A stretch of DNA of 64,000 nucleotides from an uncultured Clostridia bacterium (GTDB lineage Bacteria > Bacillota > Clostridia > TANB77 > CAG-508). Below the pieces are notes generated by a model. That model was not told where the DNA came from. It saw nothing but the letters and a program-made list of their open reading frames with translations, and ran no database searches. The DNA lies in contig CALXZC010000001.1 in the NCBI GenBank assembly GCA_944393135.1, positions 75,748 through 139,747 of the forward strand, written 5' to 3'. Of the stretch, positions 19,701 to 29,597 are shown piece by piece. A program made the position numbers and the translations under genes. The first letter of the stretch is position 1; every line of letters starts with the position of its first letter.

Positions 19701-22700
19701 AGAAACTAATACACAAAATATAACAACAAATACACAAAATATAGCAACTAATACAGAGGCTATAAATACTTTGAAAACTGAAACACAACAAAAATTAGAT
19801 ACAAAATTAGATAAAACATTTGCAGATAATGTAAATAAAGAATTGGTAAGTGATGTTAGAATTAGTCCTGTTACTCAACAAGAAGCCTCAGTATTATTAA
19901 CAATAGAACAAGATAAATTAAATGTTGAAACTGGTGCTGTAAATACAAAGTCATTACAATTTAAATCAACAGATAATACAATACTTGCTACACCAGAACA
20001 GGATGAAGAAGGACATATTACAGCAATTAATTTGGCAACAAATTTAAATACAGATGTAAATTATTTTATAACTTCACAAACACTTGATGAAACAATAGGA
20101 AACACAAATACTATTCCACAAAATACAATAACAGCAATAACAAAAGAAGGAGTAGAAGTAGAAGATATTATAACAGATAGTGAAGGTACTTGGTCAAGAG
20201 TACAAAGTATAGATGAAGAACAAGATACAGTAACAACAATAACATTCCAAAAACAAAAGGATGCTAGTTGGGGAACAATACAAGGTTCAATATCAAATCA
20301 ACAAGATTTACAAAATGTATTAAATACTAAACTTGATAAAACATTTGCAAGTGGTGAACTACAAAATAATATAATGGGAAGTATAGAATTTAGTCCATCA
20401 GGATTAAGAAACGGTGTATTTATAAGAACAAAAACTATTAATCCAACAAATTCACAAATAAATACATTTGAATCTTATATAACTTCTGATACAAAGCAAT
20501 TAACATTTACACCTGGTTCAGATGGAATAGATTTAGGTGTAAATATAGAGAATGTAAATTTTGATAATAGTAATACAGGATTAACAAATAATAAAGTAGG
20601 AAATGTGTTAAGAGAATTAAAAACATTAGATAATGCAAAAGTAACAACAGAGACATTTAATACATTTAAAACTCAAAATACTCAGGATATAAATAATGCT
20701 GTACAAACAGCAACACAAAGTATTACGGAGGCATATACAAATGCTGATAAGGCTTTAAAACAAGAATTACAACAAGCTGATAGTAATTTACAACAAAGTA
20801 TCACAGATTTACAAAATAATAAATTAGATAAAAACCAAGGAACAAGTAATACAGGAAAACATTTAATAGTAGATGAAAATGGATTAATAACTCCACAAAC
20901 ATATACAGTAGATGTAGGTGTAAAAACAGTAACAAGTGATTATAATTTAGTAGATAATACAAATGCTGCAAATCCAAAAATATTACAAGATACTACTAAA
21001 CTTGATAAAGCCTTTAGTGATAAATATTTAACAGCATTAGGTATAGAACAAAATGACGAACAAGGTGTATTAACTGTAACAACAAAACAAGTAGCAAATA
21101 ATTCAGATGTAATAAGTACTGTAGATTTTGTAGGATTAGGAAGTATAAAAGTTACATCCGCATATGATGAAGATAAACAAAATGATACAGTTAAAATAGA
21201 CGGTAGTGAAATAGTTACACAAATAACAAGTGGATTAAGTACAAAAGTAGATAAAGTAACTACACCGAAAGTAATTTATGGAACAACAGCAGATGGACAA
21301 CAAACTACATATAGTACAACAGAAATTGGTTCTGTAAATAGTGTTAATGGAGTAACTCCACAAAAAGATACAACAAATATATTAATTGACGGTTCACAAA
21401 TTAATGTAGATGAAACACAAGAAGATAAAATAACAATTAAAGATAGTTTAAGTAATAAACTAGATAAAGTAAGTGGAGATACAGTATATTACGGTACGAA
21501 TGCCGAAGGTAATCAAACAACATATAAAGTTGTAAATAATTACTTAACAAATCCATTAGTATTATCTGCAACAACACAAGATATAATAAGATTTAGATAT
21601 ACAAGTGTGGATAACCAAGGAGAGGAAACATTAATAGATAGAAAAATAATTGCAGATGATAAAGATATATTAATTACAGGGCAAGAGGATAGTACAGATA
21701 TACATATTTCTGTAAATTCTGAAAATGTACATTTCGATACAAAGGAAAGTGGATTAACAAGTAATACTATATCAAATGCAATAAGAGAATTAAAAACACT
21801 TGATGATAGTAAAGTTACAACAGAAAATTTAACAACACAGCTTGAAACAATAAATAAAACAATAACAAATAATAAAAAAGAAGTAGATACAACAATACAA
21901 GGAATAGAAACAAATATAGATACTATTGAAGGAAATGTTACAAGCTTAACAAATAATAAACTTGATAAAGTAACAACTGCAAATGTACTATATGGTACAA
22001 ATAGTACAGGAGAACAAACTACATATTCTACAAATGAATTAGGAAAAGTAGAAACAGTAAATAGTATAACACCGGATGAAAATAAAAACATATTAATTGA
22101 TGGAACAAAAATTAATGTTGATGAAACAGAAGAAACAAAAGTTACAATAAAAAATGCTTTAGATACAAAATTAAACAAAGTATCACAAGTAAATAAAATA
22201 TATGGTACAAATAAAGACGGAGAACAAACAACATACACAGTAACTAAACAGGATGATACATATTTGGCATATATTACAAATTTATCAGTAACAGATAATG
22301 AACAAACATTAACATTGAATTTATCAAGACCATTAATTGAAACAGGTGTAAGTACAGAACAACAAACTATAACTTTATTAAATGTAAATAAAGGTATTAA
22401 ATTGGATACTGAAAATGATTTAACATTAATTACAGATTCTGAAACAATACCATTTGATACTAAGACAAGTAGTTTGGTAAGTACAAATATTGCGGAAGCA
22501 ATAAGAGAACTAAAAACACTTGATGATAGTAAAGTAAAAACAACTGATTTTAATAATTATAAAACAGAAGTTACACAAGACATACAAGAAGCTGTACAAA
22601 ATAAACCAACATTGTTACAATATACAAAAAATACAGAATATACAGTAGGACAACTTGTATATATAACAAGAACAGATAATATTACTTTAATGGGATTGGT

Positions 22701-22845
22701 ATTAAAAACATTTACAAGCAATAACACAGAAAATAATACAGCAATACAATCATTTAAAGTAGATGTAGACAGTAAAAACATTTCATTAATTGGAATTCCA
22801 GTTGATTGGAATGATGATATTACAAATGCAGAAGTAACAGAATAA
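16798..22845 (+). CDS. giant tail fibre protein 1 (2015 aa), coiled-coil repeats and triplicated internal modules
   Basis: GTG start with RBS agaggagg; NT(E/Q)QD heptad-like repeats; AIRELKTLDDSKVTTE module x3; YGTN..GEQTTY module x4. Confidence 0.8.
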   Translation: MEENQLYTIILRHDTSSQWMVNDPILALGEYGVEDDTHRVKRGDGQTKWSELTYDTFGLEYMLTFENIRGDVTDNKSLQEALNQKLSVDTFEDSNNSVITSITLKEETGKIGRITKVSKNVKFNNTVTNYIDIISKDNSINGIWSIDNDGVNILNLQAVSSVENYAPYKEYKINQLCFYNNGLYRCIETHIATPDLDKTKWITLSSLNASDINFNPGSTSLKSKTVKNALQELSNKVDAKVEQTTQPNKIYGTNGKGEQILLSKDDLGKVDSVNNINPDENKNVTIEAKDIQYDSENSTLNVKQAIDLKANNVDVKEQLNTKIDKDIGDTVVTNIELSTDTDIPAFHIVKADTDSKSETDLYLHLKSEGNIQTYVKNDGIIIDSTNIDNKLSEISGNEDELQASIQEINTKVETNTNSITTLQEKTDSLQQNINTLNTDVDNVEKTVEILNNKLLTVDSTIENIQEDINTINETNEQQDTQIADNTQSIEDLDTKLTTEVQRLDNKNTEQDTQITTINNTLDDINSDIDNIDESIADLNSDIDSIEQVNTEQGNKLGLIDTKLVDLTNKDTDLQAQIDNINEGQGTQDTEVEGIKKQIETINTQITTINEKDTEQDNTIEGIQNDLTQYKSDMQETIEQLQQEDASLQQEDRNINGQIETIKLDITNIRDTQDVLNTNIEANTQSIEELAEKEANDVKTLQAKDTELETKNTEQDGRLSSIENVNSQQNTRLDSIEKTQTQLDTDIKGALQEIQDLDTKVEEQLEDIQQIAEDQSTMIESITNSVDVINNTITNIKNKNTEQDKAIDNLTTKVNSNNEILTEEIDNINTLNQQQAQQISDINSSISDINSSIMNINDTVADINASNSYLDNKVTSMAGELTAATENNTRQDGEITTLQQDLEQLAEKVSGDETETDTNIQEIKQDIEELNTSLEQTNSNVKTNTQHIATNTSDIDSLKERMTTAEHGIETNTQNITTNTQNIATNTEAINTLKTETQQKLDTKLDKTFADNVNKELVSDVRISPVTQQEASVLLTIEQDKLNVETGAVNTKSLQFKSTDNTILATPEQDEEGHITAINLATNLNTDVNYFITSQTLDETIGNTNTIPQNTITAITKEGVEVEDIITDSEGTWSRVQSIDEEQDTVTTITFQKQKDASWGTIQGSISNQQDLQNVLNTKLDKTFASGELQNNIMGSIEFSPSGLRNGVFIRTKTINPTNSQINTFESYITSDTKQLTFTPGSDGIDLGVNIENVNFDNSNTGLTNNKVGNVLRELKTLDNAKVTTETFNTFKTQNTQDINNAVQTATQSITEAYTNADKALKQELQQADSNLQQSITDLQNNKLDKNQGTSNTGKHLIVDENGLITPQTYTVDVGVKTVTSDYNLVDNTNAANPKILQDTTKLDKAFSDKYLTALGIEQNDEQGVLTVTTKQVANNSDVISTVDFVGLGSIKVTSAYDEDKQNDTVKIDGSEIVTQITSGLSTKVDKVTTPKVIYGTTADGQQTTYSTTEIGSVNSVNGVTPQKDTTNILIDGSQINVDETQEDKITIKDSLSNKLDKVSGDTVYYGTNAEGNQTTYKVVNNYLTNPLVLSATTQDIIRFRYTSVDNQGEETLIDRKIIADDKDILITGQEDSTDIHISVNSENVHFDTKESGLTSNTISNAIRELKTLDDSKVTTENLTTQLETINKTITNNKKEVDTTIQGIETNIDTIEGNVTSLTNNKLDKVTTANVLYGTNSTGEQTTYSTNELGKVETVNSITPDENKNILIDGTKINVDETEETKVTIKNALDTKLNKVSQVNKIYGTNKDGEQTTYTVTKQDDTYLAYITNLSVTDNEQTLTLNLSRPLIETGVSTEQQTITLLNVNKGIKLDTENDLTLITDSETIPFDTKTSSLVSTNIAEAIRELKTLDDSKVKTTDFNNYKTEVTQDIQEAVQNKPTLLQYTKNTEYTVGQLVYITRTDNITLMGLVLKTFTSNNTENNTAIQSFKVDVDSKNISLIGIPVDWNDDITNAEVTE

Positions 22846-22948
22846 AATAATATAAGGAGAAGGAGTAGTAATTACAAAATTAGCTACTCCTTTAACAAAT
22901 GATAATAATGAAGAGTCTATTAATTATAACACCTATAATAAATATATA

Positions 22949-22986
22949 AGAGATAGAAAATTATAAAATTAACTATCTCTTTTAAA
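22949..22986 (+). terminator. rho-independent terminator (second hairpin; weaker one at 22862-22893)
   Basis: agagatag-16nt-ctatctct + tttt. Confidence 0.55.
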
Positions 22987-23069
22987 TTATAAAATGAGTT
23001 CTTAAAAATGAACTATAGATATAATAACATTTGTGTAAATATTTGTCAATATTTAATATCAAATATTTT

Positions 23070-23087
23070 GTAAAATATTAATAGAGG
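23070..23087 (+). promoter_or_regulatory. late-type motif variant GTAAAATATTAATAGAGG
   Basis: ~49 nt upstream of tail fibre 2 start. Confidence 0.4.
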
Positions 23088-23126
23088 TAGAAAATTTAGT
23101 AAAGAAAGGAATAGGTGGTACATTAA

Positions 23127-26100
23127 ATGAAAGTTAAGTTTAGTAGATGTAATTCAAGTGATTTGGCTTCATTACCTCTTGTAGATGGACAATTAACCTA
23201 TGTAAAAGACACAGGGGATAACTATCTAGATGTAGGTACCACTAGAAATAAAATAACAGATATAGTATTTCTAGATAATGATGAAGCATTAGAACAAATT
23301 GAAAATCCATTATCTAGTAAATTTTACTATGTTAAAAGTTCTAAAAAACTTATGTATTATAATGGAACAGATTATGATACACTTAACGAAGTTGATGTAA
23401 GTGCAGATGATGTACATTTTACAAGTACAGCTGGAATAACAGCAACAAATGTACAAGATGCTTTTGAACAATTAGAAACAAAAGTAAATTCAAATACAAC
23501 TAATATAACATCAGCTCAAACAGACATACAAGAAAATGCTAATAATATTTCTACAATACAACAACAAGTAAGTAGTATTATAACTAAAAATGATACACAA
23601 GATGAAACATTAGGACAATTACAAACAAATATAGCTTCTATACAAGGGGAAATACAGGATTTAAAAGATAGCGTTCCAACAGATGAATCTTTTACAGAAT
23701 TAACAAATAGAGTATCAGCTGTTGAAGCAAAAAATACAACACAAGATACTAATATAAAAGATTTACAAAATAAGGATAAATCACAAGATACACTTATATC
23801 AGGTCTACAAAGTAATGTTGGTACACTTCAATCAGATTTAGATACAGCTGAAGAAAATATATCAACAATACAAGGTGATATTACTGATATAAAAGAAAAA
23901 GATTCTACACAAGATACAAGTATACAAGCATTACAAGCTTCTGTTGGAAATGTAGAATCAGCTGTAACAAAAGTTAAAGGTGATATTAGTACATTACAGG
24001 CAACAACAGGACAACATACAACAGATATAACAGGTCTTAAAAAGGATGTTTCAACTATTAAAGATACTGTTGGTACTAATACAAGTGATATAAGTTCTTT
24101 AAAAACAAGAGTAGCAACTAATGAAAACGATATAGATACGTTACAATCAAGTGTAGAAAGTATTAATACTAATATAACAAGTATAGAAGGTAATATAGAT
24201 ACTGTTGAAGGCAGTGTAAGTACATTACAACAAACAGTTAATGGACATACAACAGATATAACAGATTTAAAATCCAAAGTACAAAAAAATACAACTAATA
24301 TAACAAGCTTACAAGGTAATGTTAGTACATTGCAAGGAGATTTAGATACTGTTGAAGAAGATGTTAGTACATTACAAACAAGTGTAAGTGGTTTACAATC
24401 AAGTGTGAGTACAAATACACAAAATATAGCAACTAATACACAAAGTATTGAAAGTATACAAGAAGCTATGGCAAGTACACAACACTTTAGAGGATATTAT
24501 CAAACTATTGCTGAAATAACAAAACTTGAAGGACATACAGGAGATTTTGCTTATTGTGCTGAGGATGAATTTAAATATGTATATAATGGTGAACAATGGG
24601 TAAAAACAGATGAAGCTGTACCAGACCAGACAGTAGAAAAAACAACAATACTTCCATTAATGAATGGGACAGCTACTATTGGTACAGATAATAGATATGC
24701 TCCAGGAAATCACATTCACCCAACAGATACAACAAGAGCAAGTGTAGAGGCATTAGAAGCTCATACAACAAATACTTCAAATCCACATAATGTAACAAAA
24801 ACACAAATAGGTTTAGGTAATGTAGATAATACATCAGACTTAAATAAACCAATATCAACAGCTACACAAAGTGCTTTAAATAATAAGGTAGATAAAGTCA
24901 CAGGAAAAGGTTTAAGCACAGAAGATTATACAACAGCAGAAAAGGAAAAACTTGCTACATTAAATAACTATAATGATACAGAAGTTAAAGCCGATATAAC
25001 TAAATTACAAAGCAATGTAGGTACATTACAAAGTGATGTAAGTACAGCTAAAGAAAATATTAGTACGTTACAAGAAGATGTAACAGGTATAGAAGGTAAT
25101 GTAAGTACATTAACACAAAGTGTATCAACATTAGATACAACAGTTGAAGGACTAGAAACAGATGTAACAGAATTACAAGGTACTGTATCAGATGTAGAAG
25201 AAACCGTTGGCACATTGCAAACAAATTTAAATAATAAAGTAGATAAAGTTCAAGGAAAAGGTTTATCAACAAATGATTATACAACAGAAGAGAAACAAAA
25301 ATTAGCTGGTTTAAATAACTACGATGATACAACTGTTAAACAAGATATTAGAGAATTACAAACAGATGTAGGTGCCTTAGAAACAACAGTTGGAAATCAT
25401 ACAAAAAGTATAGAAACAAATACAACTGATATAACTACTTTAAAAGGTAATGTACAAACATTACAAACTAATCTAGGAAATAAAGTAGATAAAGTAACAG
25501 GTAAAGGTCTTTCAACAGAAGATTATACAACAACAGAAAAAAATAAACTTGCTGGGATAGAAGCAAATGCAAATAATTATACTTTACCAAAGGCATCAGG
25601 AACAGTACTTGGTGGTATTAAAATTGGTAATAATTTAAAGATAGATGAAAATGGTGTAGTTAGTGCAACAGATACTAATACAACATATACAACTATGAAG
25701 GGTGCGACATCAAGTACAGCAGGAACAAGTGGATTAGTTCCAGCACCACAACAAGGACAACAAAATTCATTCCTAAAAGGTGACGGTACTTGGGGAACAG
25801 TAGAAAGTGCAACTTATGGTGAAGCTACACAAGACCAATCAGGTTTAATGTCAGCAAATGATAAGAAAAAATTAGATAATATAGAAGCAAATGCAAATAA
25901 CTATACTTTACCAGTTGCAACAACTACAAGACTTGGTGGTGTTAAGGCAGGTAATAACATAACAATTTCAGAAGATGGAACAATAAGTGCAACAGATACA
26001 AATACAACTTATGAGGTTATGGAAGGTGCAACAAGTGAAGCAAATGGACAATCAGGTTTAGTACCAGCTCCTACACAAGGTCAACAAACAAGATTTTTAA

Positions 26101-29100
26101 GAGGGGATGGAACTTGGCAAGTACCAACAAATACTACATATACAAATGCTACACAAAGTAAAGATGGATTAATGAGTAGTAAGGATAAAACTAAACTTGA
26201 CGGTATTGAAGATAATGCAAATAATTATGTACATCCAACAACACCAGGAAATAAACACATTCCATCCGGAGGAAGCACAGGACAAGTTTTAAAATGGAGC
26301 GCAGATGGAACAGCTGTATGGGGTACAGATAATAATACCACATACACAAATGCTACAACATCAAAAGCAGGTTTAATGTCTGCTACAGATAAAACAAAAC
26401 TTGATTCTTTACAAAACTTTGATGATAGTACAATACAAGAAAATATAGGAGATTTACAATCAAGTGTATCAACATTAGAAAATTCTGTTAGTACTATTGA
26501 AGAAAGTTTAGGTAACAAAGTAGATAAAGTAAGTGGTAAACAGTTAAGTACAAACGATTATACAACAACAGAGAAAAATAAACTTTCAGGAATAGCAACA
26601 GGAGCTACAAAAGTTGAAAAAAGTAATACAAACGGAAATATTAAGATAAATGGAACAGAAACAACAGTATATACAAAACCAGATTTAACAAAACAAGAAG
26701 TTGTAGAAGCCTTAGGATATACTCCACCAACAACAAATACAACTTATAGTGTAATGACAGGAGCAACAAGTAGTCAAGCCGGTACTTCTGGTTTAGTACC
26801 ACAACCAACAGCTGGAAAACAAACAAGTTTCTTACGTGGTGATGGTACTTGGGTAATTCCAACAAATACTACATATACAAATGCAACAACTGAAAAAGAC
26901 GGATTAATGAGTAGTGAAGATAAAACTAAACTTGACAATATTGAAGCTGGAGATACAACACCACTTGCAAATGGAACAGCAACAGCAGGTACTTCAAATT
27001 CATATGCAAGAGAAGACCACAGACATCCATTACAAACAACTGTAAGTGGGAATGCTGGTACAGCAACAAGATTACAAACTGCAAGAACTATTGGACTTTC
27101 TGGTGCTGCCACAGGAACAGCAACAAGTTTTAATGGAACAGCAAATATAACAATTCCAGTAACAAGTTTAGATGCTAGTAAATTAACAGGTACAGCTTCA
27201 ATTAATACAACAGGTAATGCCAGTACATCAACAACTTGTACAGGAAATGCTGCAACGGCAACTAAATTACAAACTGCAAGAAAAATAAATGGAGTAGCAT
27301 TTGATGGAACACAAGATATAACAGTAGAAGCGACAGGAACAGGTGGACATATAATACTTAATTCTTCTGGAAGTTCAATGGAAGCCAGAAGTAAATTAAG
27401 GTTTAATCATTCAACAGTTACAGATGATGAAGAAAATGATGTTACTATAATAACTCCTACAGATACTACATATAGTGTCGCAACAACAAGTAAAAATGGA
27501 TTAATGGGTAGTTCAATGGTAACTAAATTAAATGGTATAGCAACGGGTGCTACAAGAAATAGTGCAAGTGATACAACTCCAAAAGCTAATGGTACAGCAA
27601 GTATAGGTACTGAAACAGATTATGCCAGAGGAGACCACGTACATCCACTTCAAACAACTGTAAGTGGAAATGCTGGTAGTGCAACTAAATTACAAACTGC
27701 ACGAACTATATCATTAAGTGGAGCCGTAACAGGTAGTACAACATTTGATGGAAGTGCCAATAGAACTATTACAACAACATTAAGTAATATAGATGCAAGT
27801 AAAATTACATCAGGAACAATAGATATAGCAAGGTTACCTGCAGCAGCACTTGAAAGATGTGTAGTAGTTGCAAATGATACAGCTAGATACGATTTAACAA
27901 CAAGTGATGTACAATTAGGGGATACAGTAAAAGTAACAGATACAAATAAAATGTATATGGTTACAAATACAAGTGAATTAGATAATGCAAATGGATACAC
28001 AGAATTTAGTGCTGGACACGCAGCAACAGCTGACTCGGCTACATCCGCTTCAAGATTAACAACTGCAAGAACTATAAATGGAACTTCATTTAATGGAACA
28101 GCAAATATAACAACAGCAAATTGGGGTACAGCAAGAAATATAGGAATTGTAAATTCAGATGGAACAGGAACAGCTGTTACAACATCAGTAAATGGTAGTG
28201 GAAATGTTAATTTAAAATTACCGGCAACAATAAAAGCGAGTTTAACAGGTAATGCTACAACAGCTTCAACACTTGCAACCGCAAGAACTATTGGACTTTC
28301 TGGAGTAACAGCAACAGCACAAAGTTTTAATGGAAGTAAAAATATAACAATTCCAATTACAGCAGTACCAGCAAGTTTATTAACAGGAACTGCGAGTATT
28401 AATACAACAGGAAATGCGGCAACAGCAGATAGAGCCGATACGGCAACAACTGCCACAACAGCAACAAATGCAAATAATGTTAAATATACATTACAAAATC
28501 CTACATCTTCAAGTACTTATATAGTACCTTTTGTAAGTGGTGCAAGTACTGGTAATAAAACAACATATTTAAATGATGGTTTTCAATATAATACATTACA
28601 AGGTACAACAAGTGCTACGGGTTATGGAACATTAATACTTGGAAATAGTACAAAATCTGGAACAGCTGGAAACAAATATGGACAAATAAGATTATATGGT
28701 ACAAGTACAGGATACACACAATTAAAAGCTGGAAGTTCAACAAATAACTATACATTGACTTTACCAAATGCGACAGATACATTAGTAGGTTTAACAACAT
28801 CACAAGCTTTAACAAATAAAACATATAATGGTTATACACTTGCAGCAGCTTGTGCAAAAGGAGTAGTTACAACGGTTGATACAAGTTCTAATTTACCTAC
28901 ATCAAATGCCGTAAAAACATTTGTTGAAGGAAAGGGATACAAAACAACAGATAATAACTATTATCCAACAACTTGGGCTTGGACAAATGGAACCACAAGT
29001 GGTCCAACTGCCAGATTAACAGGTAGTGGAATGAGTGCTGTATCCGTTGCAGCAATTCCGGCAGCAAGTGGAACAACACAAAGTGGTATTGTAACAACAG

Positions 29101-29513
29101 GAGCACAAACATTTGGAGGTGTAAAAACATTCAGTTCTGCACCTAAATTAAGTACAAATACAATAACAACAAGTTCTGGATATACAGTAACAATACCAAA
29201 TGCCACAAGTACATTGGTAAATCTAAGTACATCACAAAGTTTAACAAATAAAACATACAATGGTTTAACATTAACTGAAAATACAAGTGGATTTACAATT
29301 AAAGGTGGAAGTACAACAGAAAGAACATTAACAGTTAATGGAAATTATACATTAAATGTGGCTTGTGCAAAGGCAGTTGATACTTCTATTACAAAGAGTA
29401 CAACGAGTACAAACTTACCAACAAGTAAGGCAGTAGCAACATTGATTAAAGATACTGCCGGATGTACTACACAGGCAACAAGTTTAACTTGTACATTACC
29501 AGATGATTTATAA
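23127..29513 (+). CDS. giant tail fibre protein 2 (2128 aa) with coiled-coil N-part, repeated GLVP.P...FL(R/K)GDGTW modules, QTARTI[GS]LSG modules and two HxH (DH[RV]HP) motifs
   Basis: RBS aggtgg; N-terminus paralogous to ORF 29598. Confidence 0.8.
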   Translation: MKVKFSRCNSSDLASLPLVDGQLTYVKDTGDNYLDVGTTRNKITDIVFLDNDEALEQIENPLSSKFYYVKSSKKLMYYNGTDYDTLNEVDVSADDVHFTSTAGITATNVQDAFEQLETKVNSNTTNITSAQTDIQENANNISTIQQQVSSIITKNDTQDETLGQLQTNIASIQGEIQDLKDSVPTDESFTELTNRVSAVEAKNTTQDTNIKDLQNKDKSQDTLISGLQSNVGTLQSDLDTAEENISTIQGDITDIKEKDSTQDTSIQALQASVGNVESAVTKVKGDISTLQATTGQHTTDITGLKKDVSTIKDTVGTNTSDISSLKTRVATNENDIDTLQSSVESINTNITSIEGNIDTVEGSVSTLQQTVNGHTTDITDLKSKVQKNTTNITSLQGNVSTLQGDLDTVEEDVSTLQTSVSGLQSSVSTNTQNIATNTQSIESIQEAMASTQHFRGYYQTIAEITKLEGHTGDFAYCAEDEFKYVYNGEQWVKTDEAVPDQTVEKTTILPLMNGTATIGTDNRYAPGNHIHPTDTTRASVEALEAHTTNTSNPHNVTKTQIGLGNVDNTSDLNKPISTATQSALNNKVDKVTGKGLSTEDYTTAEKEKLATLNNYNDTEVKADITKLQSNVGTLQSDVSTAKENISTLQEDVTGIEGNVSTLTQSVSTLDTTVEGLETDVTELQGTVSDVEETVGTLQTNLNNKVDKVQGKGLSTNDYTTEEKQKLAGLNNYDDTTVKQDIRELQTDVGALETTVGNHTKSIETNTTDITTLKGNVQTLQTNLGNKVDKVTGKGLSTEDYTTTEKNKLAGIEANANNYTLPKASGTVLGGIKIGNNLKIDENGVVSATDTNTTYTTMKGATSSTAGTSGLVPAPQQGQQNSFLKGDGTWGTVESATYGEATQDQSGLMSANDKKKLDNIEANANNYTLPVATTTRLGGVKAGNNITISEDGTISATDTNTTYEVMEGATSEANGQSGLVPAPTQGQQTRFLRGDGTWQVPTNTTYTNATQSKDGLMSSKDKTKLDGIEDNANNYVHPTTPGNKHIPSGGSTGQVLKWSADGTAVWGTDNNTTYTNATTSKAGLMSATDKTKLDSLQNFDDSTIQENIGDLQSSVSTLENSVSTIEESLGNKVDKVSGKQLSTNDYTTTEKNKLSGIATGATKVEKSNTNGNIKINGTETTVYTKPDLTKQEVVEALGYTPPTTNTTYSVMTGATSSQAGTSGLVPQPTAGKQTSFLRGDGTWVIPTNTTYTNATTEKDGLMSSEDKTKLDNIEAGDTTPLANGTATAGTSNSYAREDHRHPLQTTVSGNAGTATRLQTARTIGLSGAATGTATSFNGTANITIPVTSLDASKLTGTASINTTGNASTSTTCTGNAATATKLQTARKINGVAFDGTQDITVEATGTGGHIILNSSGSSMEARSKLRFNHSTVTDDEENDVTIITPTDTTYSVATTSKNGLMGSSMVTKLNGIATGATRNSASDTTPKANGTASIGTETDYARGDHVHPLQTTVSGNAGSATKLQTARTISLSGAVTGSTTFDGSANRTITTTLSNIDASKITSGTIDIARLPAAALERCVVVANDTARYDLTTSDVQLGDTVKVTDTNKMYMVTNTSELDNANGYTEFSAGHAATADSATSASRLTTARTINGTSFNGTANITTANWGTARNIGIVNSDGTGTAVTTSVNGSGNVNLKLPATIKASLTGNATTASTLATARTIGLSGVTATAQSFNGSKNITIPITAVPASLLTGTASINTTGNAATADRADTATTATTATNANNVKYTLQNPTSSSTYIVPFVSGASTGNKTTYLNDGFQYNTLQGTTSATGYGTLILGNSTKSGTAGNKYGQIRLYGTSTGYTQLKAGSSTNNYTLTLPNATDTLVGLTTSQALTNKTYNGYTLAAACAKGVVTTVDTSSNLPTSNAVKTFVEGKGYKTTDNNYYPTTWAWTNGTTSGPTARLTGSGMSAVSVAAIPAASGTTQSGIVTTGAQTFGGVKTFSSAPKLSTNTITTSSGYTVTIPNATSTLVNLSTSQSLTNKTYNGLTLTENTSGFTIKGGSTTERTLTVNGNYTLNVACAKAVDTSITKSTTSTNLPTSKAVATLIKDTAGCTTQATSLTCTLPDDL

Positions 29514-29520
29514 AATAAAG

Positions 29521-29576
29521 AATGTTTGTTAAGGTTGTATATATAATCTTAACAAACATTTAAATATAATTTTTTA
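29521..29576 (+). terminator. hairpin terminator
   Basis: aatgtttgttaag...cttaacaaacatt 13-bp stem, T-run downstream. Confidence 0.55.
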
Positions 29577-29597
29577 AATAATAATAGGAGGGTAAAT